Shown piece by piece: positions 20,681-33,153 of a stretch of 34,484 nt of DNA. The notes beneath the pieces are model-generated. The model had not been told where the DNA came from, did no database searches, and saw only the letters and a list, made by a program, of their open reading frames with translations. Position 1 is the first letter of the stretch. The number at the start of each line of letters is the position of its first letter. Both the position numbers and the translations under genes were made by a program. The DNA lies in the NCBI RefSeq assembly GCF_001194135.2, contig NC_068983.1, positions 166,203,250-166,237,733 on the forward strand, written 5' to 3'. This DNA comes from Octopus bimaculoides. Lineage: Eukaryota.

Positions 20681-23109
20681 TTATCTGTATCCTTTGATAT
20701 TCGGTCAACTGTCTAAACTAATCAAAAATGATATTTATAGAGATGTCACATGACTGAGCAATTACCAAACCAATCATTTGTGTTGAGCTGTATTAGTGGG
20801 AGGAGCAATAAACTTTGCCAGCAGCAGTAATCTGGCACCGAGGCAAAGACAACCAAGCTACACAGAAGTCATTTTAGTATTATTTTATATTTTATTACAA
20901 TTTTTTAATATTTTTAATACTATTGTTGCTGTTGTTTTACAGAATATTTCTTGTCCTAAAAAAGGGTACAACATATTGGTAATCCTGTTCAATTGTCAGG
21001 GCATACCTAGTTCAAATGCCCACAATATTCCTGGCAACTGATAGTAAGAACAACAGGGTAATAGACCAGTTACTCTAGAATCTCTAAGCTATGGCAATCT
21101 ATGAAGGTACAAGAATCAGGGATGGGAGTTTAATGCAGTGGAGAGGTGGGTGAAGTCCACAGTGTGGAGGTAGGATGTGTGACACTAGGATAGAGAAATG
21201 GGGAGATGAGAAGTACATTAAGAAGGAAAACTGACTTTGGTTGTGAGCTGATTCATATCTTAGAGGGCTGTGAATAGTGGATTTGGAGTCCATAGCTGAT
21301 GAAGCAAAACCACCAAGATATGCATGTATGATGATAATGATGATGTCGTTCATTACTCCAGTGGTACATTTTTTTCAGACATGTATAAGGAGTATTTCTC
21401 TCCTGAGACAATTTCCAGAGCAAAAGTCTTTTCATGTTTGAGGGAACACAAAAGTGGTAAATATAATTGTACACACCTATATTTCAATCAACACTGTTTC
21501 ATGTTCTAGTTAAATAGTGCATCCTGTATACCATAAATCTATAGTCAAAACTAGATTCACCTCAGATCTAGTCATACCCTCTGCCCTTATTTGAGGATGT
21601 ATCTATAACTATCAAATAATTAGTCTATCAACTAGTTTCTCTAAGCTACACCAAATTATGCTTTTGTGCAATTGTTCAACAGATGGATGGTTATGTATCA
21701 CCACTCAGTTTACAACATTTTTATTTTCATTATCAGCAGAGACTAGATAAACGTATACGACAAACTGTCCATTTTTTTGTCACATATCTCTCACTAATCC
21801 CAACTTATCAATTTTATGCTGCACTTTAAATCTTTCAATGTCCACTGTTATTACGATTTCAAAGCACTTGCTTGTGCAATTTCTATTGCAAGTCTATTAT
21901 AAATGAAATCTATATCTGTTAACAAATATCTCTCTTTCCCGACTTCCCCAATCTGCCTCAACCTTCAGATTTCCTGTACGTTCAGTGCTTACCGTTGGTT
22001 ATCATATTTTCTGCTTTTAAGATGATATGTGATGATAATATCTTAGACATCAATTCTGGCAAAATTTACAAACCATAAATAATATCTACCACATAAATTA
22101 CCAAAATAGCATGGCACTACTTCAAGGCCAATACATTTTCTAGGATTGAGCTATAAAGATTTATCTAAGAACAAAATGGAGTCACACATGAACACAGTTT
22201 TCTTTGCTACAGCTTAAGGAGAAAGGTTATAAAATTTAGGACATGAAAGTTATTTGTTTAGAGAAAGAAAAGTGAGATTTCAAATATGCGGAGATATTTT
22301 ATACCAAACTAAAAACAAGCACTATCAGTAATTGCTGGGTTCAGTGATTATTAATTTGCTCCAAAAATGGTTTCCTCTTAATTTTCTTCATTTTTGATCC
22401 CTTAGCCATATACACATCAGCCTCAAAAGGCTCTTTACCTAAGTTTTGAAGACCCGCAGAGAGTAAATTAAGATAGATACTATTTGGCAGCAATTTAACC
22501 AAGGTAAGGGAAAAAAAAATCTAATTAACTAGATTAGCTATTAGCTTCTAAAGTCTCTCAGAATTGCCAGAATATTCTTCTGCTTACACTTTCTATACTT
22601 TCACCTTTTCAAAATAAGCCAGACAAAGATTTATATAGCAATAAATATCAGATTCGGAATCAAATACTCTTGATATTATCAGATGTTTAAAGCTTATCTT
22701 GGTAACATCAACATTACTGCAAGGGAATTAGATTTCATCTATGGCTGAAAACCAAATCCAGTTCCCAAAAGCTTTTCAAAGAAGTAAAAGCCTCTTCTCC
22801 ATGTTTGTTACACGATAGCAGTATTTCATTTATTTCTCTATATATTCCCTTCTATTTGGACAACAAATGACAGATATTTCCACTAGATACTAGTTTTAAA
22901 CAAGTCATTACATTTATACACCAAACCAATTCCCACAGCCCTTGTCTTTCATTGCTGGTCTTCCTGCTCCAAGTCTGATAGAGCTTTTGGTGGATTTCAT
23001 GACCGACTACGGGCGATCAATATTAGCAGGGCATTAGTTGCATCCATTTTCAACACAATTTGGCTGCAGTTAGGTTTAACAGCAAATGGCCAGGCCTGAG
23101 CTGCTGTTG

Positions 23110-23260
23110 TTCATCCTCATTTAACATTCACTTTTCCATGCTTGCATGGGTCAGATGGTAATCACTGAAGAATTTCTACAGCCGGATGCTCTTTCTATCA
23201 CCAACCCTCACCTATTTCCAAGCAAAGTAGTATTTCCTCAAGGCCAGACATATTTCTGTG
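23110..23260 (-). mobile_element. Family A-related repeat
   Basis: CATTTAACATTCACTTTTCCATGCTTGCATGGGTCAG...CAGCCGGATGCTCTTTC..CACCAACC. Confidence 0.7.
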
Positions 23261-23339
23261 GAAGACTGGGAATGAATAATGTCACATGATGTTAAGACAA
23301 GGGTAAACACAAACATGCATGTACATGCATGCACACAAT

Positions 23340-23480
23340 GAGCTTCTTTCAGTTTCCATCAACAAAATCCAATCAAAAAACTGCATTACTCAGTGTTATA
23401 ATAAATAATACTTGTTGAAGATGCTGTGCAGTGGGGCTGGACCCAAGACCACATGGTTGGGAAACAAGCTTCTCAACCTC
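23340..23480 (-). mobile_element. Family C SINE, interrupted
   Basis: GCTTCTTTCAGTTTCCATC...GACCACATGGTTGGGAAACAAGCTTCT..CC.CATAGCCAC. Confidence 0.65.
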
Positions 23481-24403
23481 ATAGCCACATCTCTGCTTGT
23501 CACTCATGTAGGAGGAAAACCAAGAATAAAATAAAATCTCCACATTTCCATCTTGGATTTTCAGCAATCAATAGACTTTGGCAGTTGTTATTCAAAACGA
23601 GACAAATACTCCAATTATTAACCACTTTGAAGCAGAAATATTGATTTTTTTTTTTTATCAACTTTAGATTTTCCTGATTGAACTACAAGGCGATGCTGTC
23701 AAATTTTTGCTTTATAAAAGAATATCTTATCGTGTTGCTAACAAATCTCTCTTAAAATTATTTAAAACAAAGCCTGCTTGAAAGATTTTATTAAATCATT
23801 TCTCCTGCCACCCCCAACCCTACCCCCACAAATTTGCATATAAAACATTACTATTAAGCACAGTACTGTTTATTAAAGTTTCTTGTTTCTAAACTAATGT
23901 CTATGCCTTTCCAATGACTAAATATTACTCAAGGGAGGGGGGATAATATACATTGATAAATAGTTATACATCTATAATATAGATTATTAAATGGTTATTG
24001 ATACATTTATAATATAAACTACTAAGTAGATATTGATATTCGTTTGTGGTGCACCTTATTAAAAAACTACTAGAAAGGCAAAATAATTAGAGAGAATGTA
24101 ATTTATCAGCCTTGTCAGTTTCAGTAACAAATTTTACTTTCCAATTATTTTCATTTCAAAATGTCAATTTTTTTTTTTAGATCAAGATTTTGATAGACAT
24201 TATCAAACAATGAAATTGAACAATATAAATATTCACAGTGTAAGAAACCCAATTGTTTTTCCCCCCAATATTGTATAAAATTGCTTATAAATTGAATAGA
24301 AATATAAAAAAAATAACTATTATTGATTTACACAAATATAACTTGGAAATTCAGAAGAATTTTTCAGTTTATAATCTCTAAAATTATATTTAAAACAACA
24401 GTG

Positions 24404-24800
24404 TATCTGTCATATGACAGGTAACTTTGGAAGTCTAGTTTCACCACCATGGGTAATATATCAGGAAATATGGCAGACATACAATCATTATAATTTCACT
24501 TTTATCAAATTTCTTGATGTTTATACAAAATGTGATGAAATGAATACTAATTCTCAAAAAAACAAAAAAAACTTAGAATCTACCCATAACTACTTTCATT
24601 TAATCCTTTTTTTCCCCTTGTTTTTATAATTTTTTCTCACTGTATATGTATAGCATTCCTTTACTCATTGCCTGTTCCTAAGCCTAGTATGTGCCCTCAC
24701 TTTTACACTCTCTCTCTTTATGATATAAAGTGTGACTGGAGAATTCAACCAACCAAAATTTATATCAGCTATTATTATACAGAGGTAATAAACATTAAAA
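24404..24800. repeat. Unclassified ~400-bp repeat copy 1, beginning at a palindrome
   Basis: Collinear homology with 28073-28480 (GGTAACTTT.GAAGT, TTATAATTTCACTTT.ATCAAATTTCTTGAT, GATGAAATGAATACTAATT, CTAAGCCTAGTATG, GACTGGAGAA..CAACCAAC). Confidence 0.75.
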
Positions 24801-25449
24801 TTCGCTAGGTTGAGAATGAAATCTCAAGAAAAGGCATAAATACATTCTGAGATGAAGGAGAATGAGTAGGCAGATTATAAAAGAGGGCAGATTATGAAGA
24901 ATGAAGATGATTTGAAGCCCAGCTGGCTGGCTTACTTGTGTGAAATGTCAATATGATTAAGACATCTTAAGCTCAACTGATTAGATCAGAAGAGTAGAAT
25001 ACCATGTAGTGTGTAATATGACATGGCAAGCATGTTTAGCTAAAACTCTTCATGTAAATATGGTCAGTCTCATTGTTACAGCAGAAGATGAGGTGACATT
25101 GCTAAGCTAAAAGAATCCTTTTGCTGCTGTAAGGAAAAAGTTTGGTTGCTCATTTATCAGAGAAAGGAATAGATGAAGGAAGAGTAAGATGGGGTGATGT
25201 GATGTGGAGAATTTTCAAAAATAAGTCAGTTCAAAGAAATGAATGTAAGAATGATATTCACACAGCTAAACAGAAAAATAAAAATCAAGACAACTATGTG
25301 GTGTGGATACGTGGGATGAGGGGCAAAATGAGGTGGATCACTGCACCAGTCATTGCATACTGCCCATAAATACAACAGGGTGTAATCCCAATGTAATGAA
25401 CTGCCAGTACCTATTTTACGGTAATTACACCAAGGTGGACAAGGCCATT

Positions 25450-25680
25450 TGGAAATCAAATAGCATGATGCTTGCAACCTCTTTTGTCAGACTGAGACTT
25501 TACGTGATCTCTCAGTCAGCTAGAAATAGTGACTACATTCCCCCAAAATTACATTCTATATCTTAAAAAGAGAAAGACTCATTGGGTAATGTAGTCCAAG
25601 ATATGCAAAGAGATGAGAAGGTCATGGTTAGAATTACTTTTGACATAGGCCTGCTCGGTCAAGAATAGCCTGTGGTTAAA
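25450..25680 (+). mobile_element. Possible highly decayed RTE RT C-terminal remnant
   Basis: LYLKKRKDSLGNVVQDM loosely resembles the RTE motif LLKKRRLRWLGHVVRM; weak. Confidence 0.25.
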
Positions 25681-25917
25681 CAACAACATGTTGGCAAGTA
25701 TGTACCATATCAAACAGAGATAAATCTCACTGACACAGAACACCACAGAAACACCAATTCTGTAGATGTCTGGATTTCATGCCAAACTGCATGAGATACT
25801 ATATACAATATCGTATAATGTGCATGTGTGTCTTTGTGTGTGATCATAGAGAAATATAACCTTAACTGAAAACAGTTGAGAGCTGGAGATGGGAAGGGCA
25901 TCTGGCTGTAGGAAATC

Positions 25918-26250
25918 CATCATCATCATCATCATCATCATTTAATGTCCATTTTCCATGCTGGCATGGGTTGGACAGATTGCACCAAACTCTACTGTCT
26001 GCTTTGGCATAATTTCTAAGGCTGGATGCCCTTCCCAATACCAACCATTTTACAGAGTGTACTGGGCACATTTTACATGGCACCAGTAGCAAAGAGGTTA
26101 TCAAATGAGATACAAGACCCCCTTCAACTGAGGTGGGGAGTAGTACTGAAGAAGGTAGCTTTGTGCCAGATGAGGGTTTAGAGTAAAGGAGAAACATGAC
26201 TACCTCAGTAGCAGAGAGAGAGGAGATTGTGATGATGTGATGAGGGTACA
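25918..26250 (-). mobile_element. Longer family A / RTE 3' end copy
   Basis: (CAT)n tail, TTTAATGTCCATTTTCCATGCTGGCATGGGTTGG...GGCTGGATGCCCTTCC..ATACCAACCA, plus ~170 bp of upstream element sequence. Confidence 0.75.
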
Positions 26251-26305
26251 CTCACTACACACACACACACACACACTTTTAGCCATAATCACACTTACCT
26301 GTGCA

Positions 26306-26346
<41 letters not shown>

Positions 26347-26764
26347 GTTTACATATTACATAGAGACATATGAATATGGATGTTTATGCACATTATAATT
26401 TCCATTTCCCCTTTTTTAAGACTCTCTCCTGAGACTACATAACTATTGTACAAATATTCTCTATCCTCTTAACAGTCTTGTACTGGTTGCCAACTTCAAT
26501 AAAGGAACTTCAAATCTAAGACTGAACATGTTTTATTGTTTCTTTCCCTTTTACCTCTGCTGTTTTTTTTTGTTGCTATTTTTCATTCTTTTTATAGATA
26601 AAACAATAAGATTAAACCTTAATTCTAAAGCAAACTTAACCTCATTTTTCTACTACTTGAATACAAGTTACTAAATATATATATATATAAATATATCAAA
26701 CTGGATGGCATCCACTAATTTCCATGACATTGCTTTATATTCAAATTTGTTGCAGAAGGAATGA

Positions 26765-26880
26765 GTTCACATCATCACCGTTTAACATCTGGTTTCCATG
26801 CCAGCATGGGTCAGGTGGTTTGACAGAATCTGGCAAACCACAGAGCTGCATCAAGCTCCATTATTTCACTTCAGCTTCTT
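26765..26880 (-). mobile_element. Family A 3' tail fragment
   Basis: CATCATCACCGTTTAACATCTGGTTTCCATGCCAGCATGGGTC. Confidence 0.65.
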
Positions 26881-27239
26881 ATGAATTTTATCTGCAGACA
26901 TTATGTTACTGTAGATGCAGTATGGCTGAATGGTCAAGAAACTGGCATGGCAATCATTAGATACTGAGTTCAATCCTATTTCATGGCATCTCAAACAAAT
27001 GTCTCTTACTGTTGATGGACCACACTTGTGATTCAAAGATCTAACCTGATCAGACACCATGCTATGGTGATTCTGCTTCAGCCAGTTATTGATTCAATGA
27101 GCCCTTAGTCCAGTTAGTCAATCAGCTGGAAACCTATGGTTAGAAATTCTGACCAAGAGCCATCAATAATGTTACCAGATTAGAATAGCACTTCTGCATT
27201 TTATAATCTCTATATGATCATAGCACAAACACACACACA

Positions 27240-27375
27240 TGAAGGGCTTCTTTCTGTTTCCATCTACTAAATCCACTCACAAGGCTTTGGTTAATCTGGA
27301 GCTATTGTATTAGTACCACCCAGTGGGTACTGCACACAAAGTCATATGGTTGGGAAGTGAACTTCTTAACCAACA
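27240..27375 (-). mobile_element. Family C SINE
   Basis: GGGCTTCTTTCTGTTTCCATCTACTAAATCCACTCACAAGGCTTTGGT...ATGGTTGGGAAG. Confidence 0.7.
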
Positions 27376-28072
27376 GCTCCTTACCTATACCTATCCATGT
27401 CTGCACCCATTATCCTTATAAGGAAGTTGAAATTGAAAGATAACATGAAGGTGATCCCATATTTAAGACAATCTGTTCTATTTGTTAACCCTCTATGTTA
27501 CTTCCAGTTTGAAAAATCTCACTGGTTGATGCTTCTTAATCTTGCTAGTATTAACTTACTCAAATGCATTAGGTTTCAATGTTGTTAATTACCAAAATTG
27601 TGTACAATAAACTTTAGAGAACAACATAGCAGCCAAGACATGATTGTAACGGTGGCAGTTGAATTAGAAAATAAAAAAATTCCCAGCAAGCAGCATGCAA
27701 GCAACAAATTCTAGATAATACAACAAAAATACAAAAAATATAAAAAAACAAAAACAATTTGTAATATGTGAGTCTAATGCTGAAATTACTATCAAGTTTA
27801 ACCCACCAGTAAGACGATAATAGGAAGGCATGTTAAAAAGTGATCGAGCAGACCATTAATGAAGATCAACATTATTAGCCGAGTTTCTTTCATTTATACA
27901 ATGTCAAATTAATTGTATTGAACAAACTATTTTAAGGACTTTGATTTGGTGTTAAAAAATTTTATGAAGAACCTAAAAGGAAATTTAAAAGCTCGCTACA
28001 AAATCTGAAGGGATTTGGTTATTGTGAAGATGTATATAAATTGGCACAATATTGGGATATATATACTAAAGT

Positions 28073-28480
28073 GTTACCTATCATATGATGGGTAACTTTA
28101 GAAGTATATACTTTTGTCACCATGGATAATATCAGGAAAAATAGCATATGAACAATAATTATAATTTCACTTTGATCAAATTTCTTGATACTTATAGAAA
28201 ATGATGAAATGAATACTAATTTTCAAAAGAAAAAGATTTATCACCTTAAAATAAAATTAAAACAAATTTCTCATTTGTATAACTCATCCCATAACTGTCA
28301 TCTATGCTCTTCCTTCCACTAAGCCTAGTATGAGCAATCAACCAGCACTACTTAACTCTTTCTGTCTCTTTCTTTTATTGTTCTCTCTTCCCCGTCTCCT
28401 GATGGGGCATAAAGCAAGACTGGAGAAACCAACCAACTAATGTATATATTGGCTATTATTACATAGAGATTATCCGTAGC
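28073..28480. repeat. Unclassified ~400-bp repeat copy 2, beginning at a 24-bp palindrome
   Basis: Homologous to 24404-24800, same orientation, offset ~3.67 kb. Confidence 0.75.
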
Positions 28481-29522
28481 ATCTTAATTTGGTGCTACTT
28501 GGAAGCATTAGTAAATAAGCTGTGTAAAATTCATATAAAATACAGTGTCATGGTGTGATGGTAAGAGGCAACAAATGAACAAGATGAAAATCACTGTGCA
28601 CTTAGGTAACTTTGTAATATGAGAGAGAGGGGGGTGAGGGGAGCTGTCAACAGTAAAAACTTTATTGGCTACAAAGAGTTTTAGATGATAAGTATAGTGT
28701 GAGCAAAACAGAAATTTCTATAAAGAAAACAAACATGTTTATTTCAACATGATGTTAGTTAGTAAATCAAATCTCATTTTACTGGTGTAAAGGCACATAA
28801 ACTTCCTTGTTGTTTGCTGATGTTGTGTTGAAAAGTAGTTACTAATACTACCTAGCATCTATCTGGAAGTGATACAACATTCAGAGGGTACAGAAAAATA
28901 AACATTTCAACAATTTGATTTGGCAGATAGAAGATAAGAAAAAAATTAACCCAGAGATGAATGTATTCTTAGATATTTTGTAAAATCTCAAGAAGAAAAT
29001 AAGTATCAGAAGCTAAAATATTAAATTTATTTCAAACAGTTTGTCCCAAGCATTTTCCCTATCATTTCAACATAGCAACTTAAAGGTATTACAAAAATAA
29101 TTCTTCAAAATTATCAATATAAATTAAGAAAAACAACAGGACCTTTTTAAAATCAGAAAGTTCACTTGGATCTGAATGGAGAAATTATAGAAAGCAAGAG
29201 ATATCTGAGGCTTACCAACAGCTGTAATGTTGTCTTATGTTGTATGTCCCCAATGGTCAGGTGAAGTGTGATATAATATCAGATAGAGCCCAACAAGTAT
29301 TTCACAAAAAGTACAGGGATACCAATGCAATTATAGCTCAGATATAAAGGAAACAAATCAAATTAAAATCTGAATTTGAACTTTTATACCTACTTGATGA
29401 GTTGATGTTAACCAATATTAAAGAATATATATATATACAGCCTGTTGTTTGATAGGAAATAAGGTCTGTTTTGTTGGTCCAATTTATAAGGAAATTGATG
29501 GTAATTCACTGTAGTTAAGCTC

Positions 29523-29748
29523 TGAGCCCTTTTGATACTAACCCTTCTGAGACTGTTTCTACTTCCATGATACAAATTTCCTTTTTTAAAATTACCTAGA
29601 TTAAATCCGTCCATCAAAATTCCATATTGATTTATGTGTTCCAAATACCAGATCAATAGTGATTGTCATTTACTAAATTCTTCATTATTTCCAAAAGTAA
29701 TTGACACAAAGCCAGTGTATTTCAACAGAAATATAACAAAAGGGTGAA
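29523..29748 (+). mobile_element. piggyBac-type MITE copy 3
   Basis: TGAG-CCCTTTTGATACTAAC...GTGTATTTCAACAGAAATATAACAAAAGGG-TGAA; eroded TTAA sites. Confidence 0.65.
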
Positions 29749-30447
29749 TAATATTTGCCTGAAAGAGCATCCTCTCTATATTTGGTAATATATCGATCTA
29801 TTTATGAAAACCATGGTACCCCTATTAAATTGGGTGGTACAGAATTAGGTAAGAAAATGACTAGAATCAAATTCAACAACAACAGACTATTTTCTTTGTC
29901 ATGAATTGAAAGAATGTGCCTAGGATAAGACTATGTATTTCAAAATTACACCGACATGCAAAAGGGCATATTAAATAGCAGCAATTACCTACCTTCTCCA
30001 TTCCTCTCCCCCCACCTCTGCACACACACTCACACACACACACACACACTCAAAGTAGACACTACAATAGGGTAGTTATATCTGCTCCATCTCTTCTAAA
30101 TATTGATATCAAACAGGATGAGAGGAAAATAAAATTTTAAAAAGTGGGAGGGGGCACAACATTAATAAGTTTTACTACCATGTTGTCTTCCAAGTGTGTG
30201 AAGCGAGTGTAACTCTTGCTACTATTGTATTAGTATCTACAGAAGAGACAAGATTTATAAAAATAGGTCTTACAAGTGAACAGTCTAGCCGATAAGTAAG
30301 AGAGAAGTTGGGAAACAGATGAAAACTGAGGACTTGTATAGATTTCTTGATCCCTGCTTCCATATTATATCTACACGCCAAAGCTAGAGTGCATTTATCT
30401 ACCATACATAAGAGAGTGTGATGTTGTTTTGATAGCAGACTAAGATG

Positions 30448-30605
30448 TGTGCATCATCATCATCATCATCATCATCATCTAACATCCATTTTACAAGCTA
30501 GTATGGGTTGGACAGTTTGGCAAAATCATATGAGTTGGAGGACTGTGTCAAGCTCCAATGTCTATTTTGGCATGGCTTCCATGGATGGATGCCCTTCCTA
30601 TCACC
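30448..30605 (-). mobile_element. Family A repeat
   Basis: (CAT)n, CCATTTT.CAAGCTAGTATGGGTTGGAC...GGATGGATGCCCTTCCTA. Confidence 0.75.
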
Positions 30606-30729
30606 CATGTGTGTGTGTGTGTGTGTGTGAAAAATTCCAGTAGAATAAATAACGAATAACTTTCCACTGTTGTATCTTAATTTAGAAATAAATTTGAGAA
30701 TCGTAGGTATGAGTGAGCTAGAATTTAAT

Positions 30730-31266
30730 ATGGGACACAAAAATAGAGAGAAAAGATAACTTCTGTAAATATGATTTAAACTGCAATTAACATAATTTAT
30801 TCTATATAATAATAATTGATATGGGACACAAAAATAGAGAGAAAAGATAACTTTTGTAAATATGATTTAAACTGCAATTAACATAATTTATTCTATATAA
30901 TAATAATTGATATGTNNNNNNNNNNNNNNNNNNNNNNNNNNNNNNNNNNNNNNNNNNNNNNNNNNNNNNNNNNNNNNNNNNNNNNNNNNNNNNNNNNNNN
31001 NNNNNNNNNNNNNNNNNNNNNNNNNNNNNNNNNNNNNNNNNNNNNNNNNNNNNNNNNNNNNNNNNNNNNNNNNNNNNNNNNNNNNNNNNNNNNNNNNNNN
31101 NNNNNNNNNNNNNCTGTAAATATGATTTAAACTGCAATTAACATAATTTATTCTATATAATAATAATTGATATGGGACACAAAAATAGAGAGAAAAGATA
31201 ACTTTTGTAAATATGATTTAAACTGCAATTAACATAATTTATTCTATATAATAATAATTGATATGT
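30730..31266. repeat. 91-bp tandem repeat flanking a 198-N assembly gap (30916-31113)
   Basis: ATGGGACACAAAAATAGAGAG starts at 30730 and 30821; the same units recur after the gap. Confidence 0.9.
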
Positions 31267-33153
31267 AGGTTGATTAAGTGGTTGATTTCTCGAGTCATGC
31301 TTTACAAAATATAGACAATAAAAGAGAGATATAGAGTGAGTTAACATAAGAAGGTGCAGGATGAGTGTACAGCCACTCAGCAATAACTGAACAGGCAGAG
31401 GGAACGTAGGGGGGGGGGTATTTAACTTTAGTTTCAAACTTTCAGTTTCTTCAGGTGCAACAAAAAAATCTATTGAAAACATTGCGTTTTATGACAGATT
31501 AGGAAACAAGATGAGCAATTTTAAGAAAATGTCAACAATATGTGAACATTGAAGAGTTACTTCAATATACATCATTAGTAAAGAAATATAATAAATAAAA
31601 GAGAAGAAACTGAAGAAGAAACAAAAAGGAATGGCAAAAAAGAAAAATCTAAAAGGAATGTACAAAAGATAAATAATAAAGTAAATAAAACAATTAAAAC
31701 TAAAACAGATTCAATTTTTTTCTTTGAATCAAGAACTAAATACTAAACTTTCTTTTAGTTAGACAAGTTTACATTTAAAATTTTTAGAATTATCAGATGA
31801 CAATATGAACTAAAATATATTTGCAGGTTTACATTTTTCACCAATGTAGTTGTCTATTAACTTTAACCATTAAAACAAGGATGTTGTTATTGTATTGAAT
31901 GTGTAATCTGGATGTAACGAATCCTGAGATTGTCTCTTATACATTACTTTCTTGATAAAGATATTTGACCCAAAACTACGATAGTATATTACAATAAACA
32001 CCATCCTCATTGCAATAATGAACAATTTCAACTGTGGTGGAAATGATGCCATGTTTGGATCTAGAGATTGTCATTAGATGGATATGCATATCAGACTGTT
32101 GCAAATCATTTATCACAGCTAATATTAATACAAACATTAATTTATGAGTGTGTGCACATACATACACACACATACATAAATGTATACGAGTACATACATT
32201 TTTATGTGTATACATATAAACAAACACACACACACAAATGTGTTATATAAGCATCAAATATCTAGCTATCATAAATATACATACATAATATATATAATTA
32301 CATAAATATACATATATAATTACTTGTCAATTTAGCTGCATAGGTTGCATCAAGGTGGCTGTGAGCCAGGAGGTGCTACCTGAAGCAGTTCTAACTGGAC
32401 ATCAGCTGGAACTTGATCAAGCCTGGCTGAGACACCTTCTCTGATCGTTACCAAACCCGAAATATCCAAACACCCCCACCCCCACCAAGAAACACCACTG
32501 ACAATGACTCCAGGTGCATCACAAGCTGATACATGAAAAAGACTTCCTTCAGCCCAAGGCCAGTTTTTCTTGTGAGTAAGTCCAATATATTAAAAGCGTT
32601 CCTTTAACAAATATTCATTTCCTCAGAAATGTTATTCCAGTCAGATTTCAGCACAAACCCTACCAATTCAGAGTAAAACATCCATTTCATTGAATGCCAA
32701 TCTCCCTATTTACCACCATGGTTTCTACATGCAGTGAGTTGAAATGGTAAGGTTTTTGCATTATTACAATTGTTGTTGTTGATATTGTTATGGTAGCTGC
32801 TAGACAAATATAATTCTGACAGTGCCAGACATAATGCTAAAGTTATCTTAACGTCTGTCGAGGTATTTATTCTTGAATGCTTCTATGTTGACAGGACAAT
32901 GTACAGAAGAGCAAAAACAGCAACTAAGCTACTGAATGCTGTTTAGTAAACACTAGCACTTACAACTTTCCACAGCAGCTGTACTCTATTTTTGTTGTTG
33001 TTGTTGTTGTTACAGTTCCATTGAACTATTCTACACATGACTTACAGAACGAACCATAAATTACATTTGTCTAATACTTATCCCAATCCCGAAATCTCTC
33101 TTAAATAAAGCTTGATCGAAATCAATTCAATGTATAATAACATCAATATTAAT

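Noticed and set aside
23314-23333. Perfect palindrome CATGCATGTACATGCATG
   Set aside because: It is a by-product of an alternating purine-pyrimidine micro-repeat beside a SINE.
27593-27710. Minus-strand hydrophobic exon candidate NLLLACCLLGIFLFSNSTATVTIMSWLLCCSLKFIVHNF
   Set aside because: The strong poly-T acceptor and hydrophobicity are both explained by T-rich composition; the donor is moderate and there is no homology.
30802-31137. ORFs spanning the N-gap
   Set aside because: These are artefacts of translating Ns.
30730-31266. Regularly spaced repeats as a CRISPR-like array
   Set aside because: The units are contiguous identical 91-mers without unique spacers, in eukaryotic context with no cas genes.
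32340-32470. GC-richer protein-like frames (KVAVSQEVLPEAVLTGHQLELDQAWLRHLL*)
   Set aside because: Frames are open on both strands, splice context is weak, and it resembles an interspersed repeat fragment; unsupported as coding.
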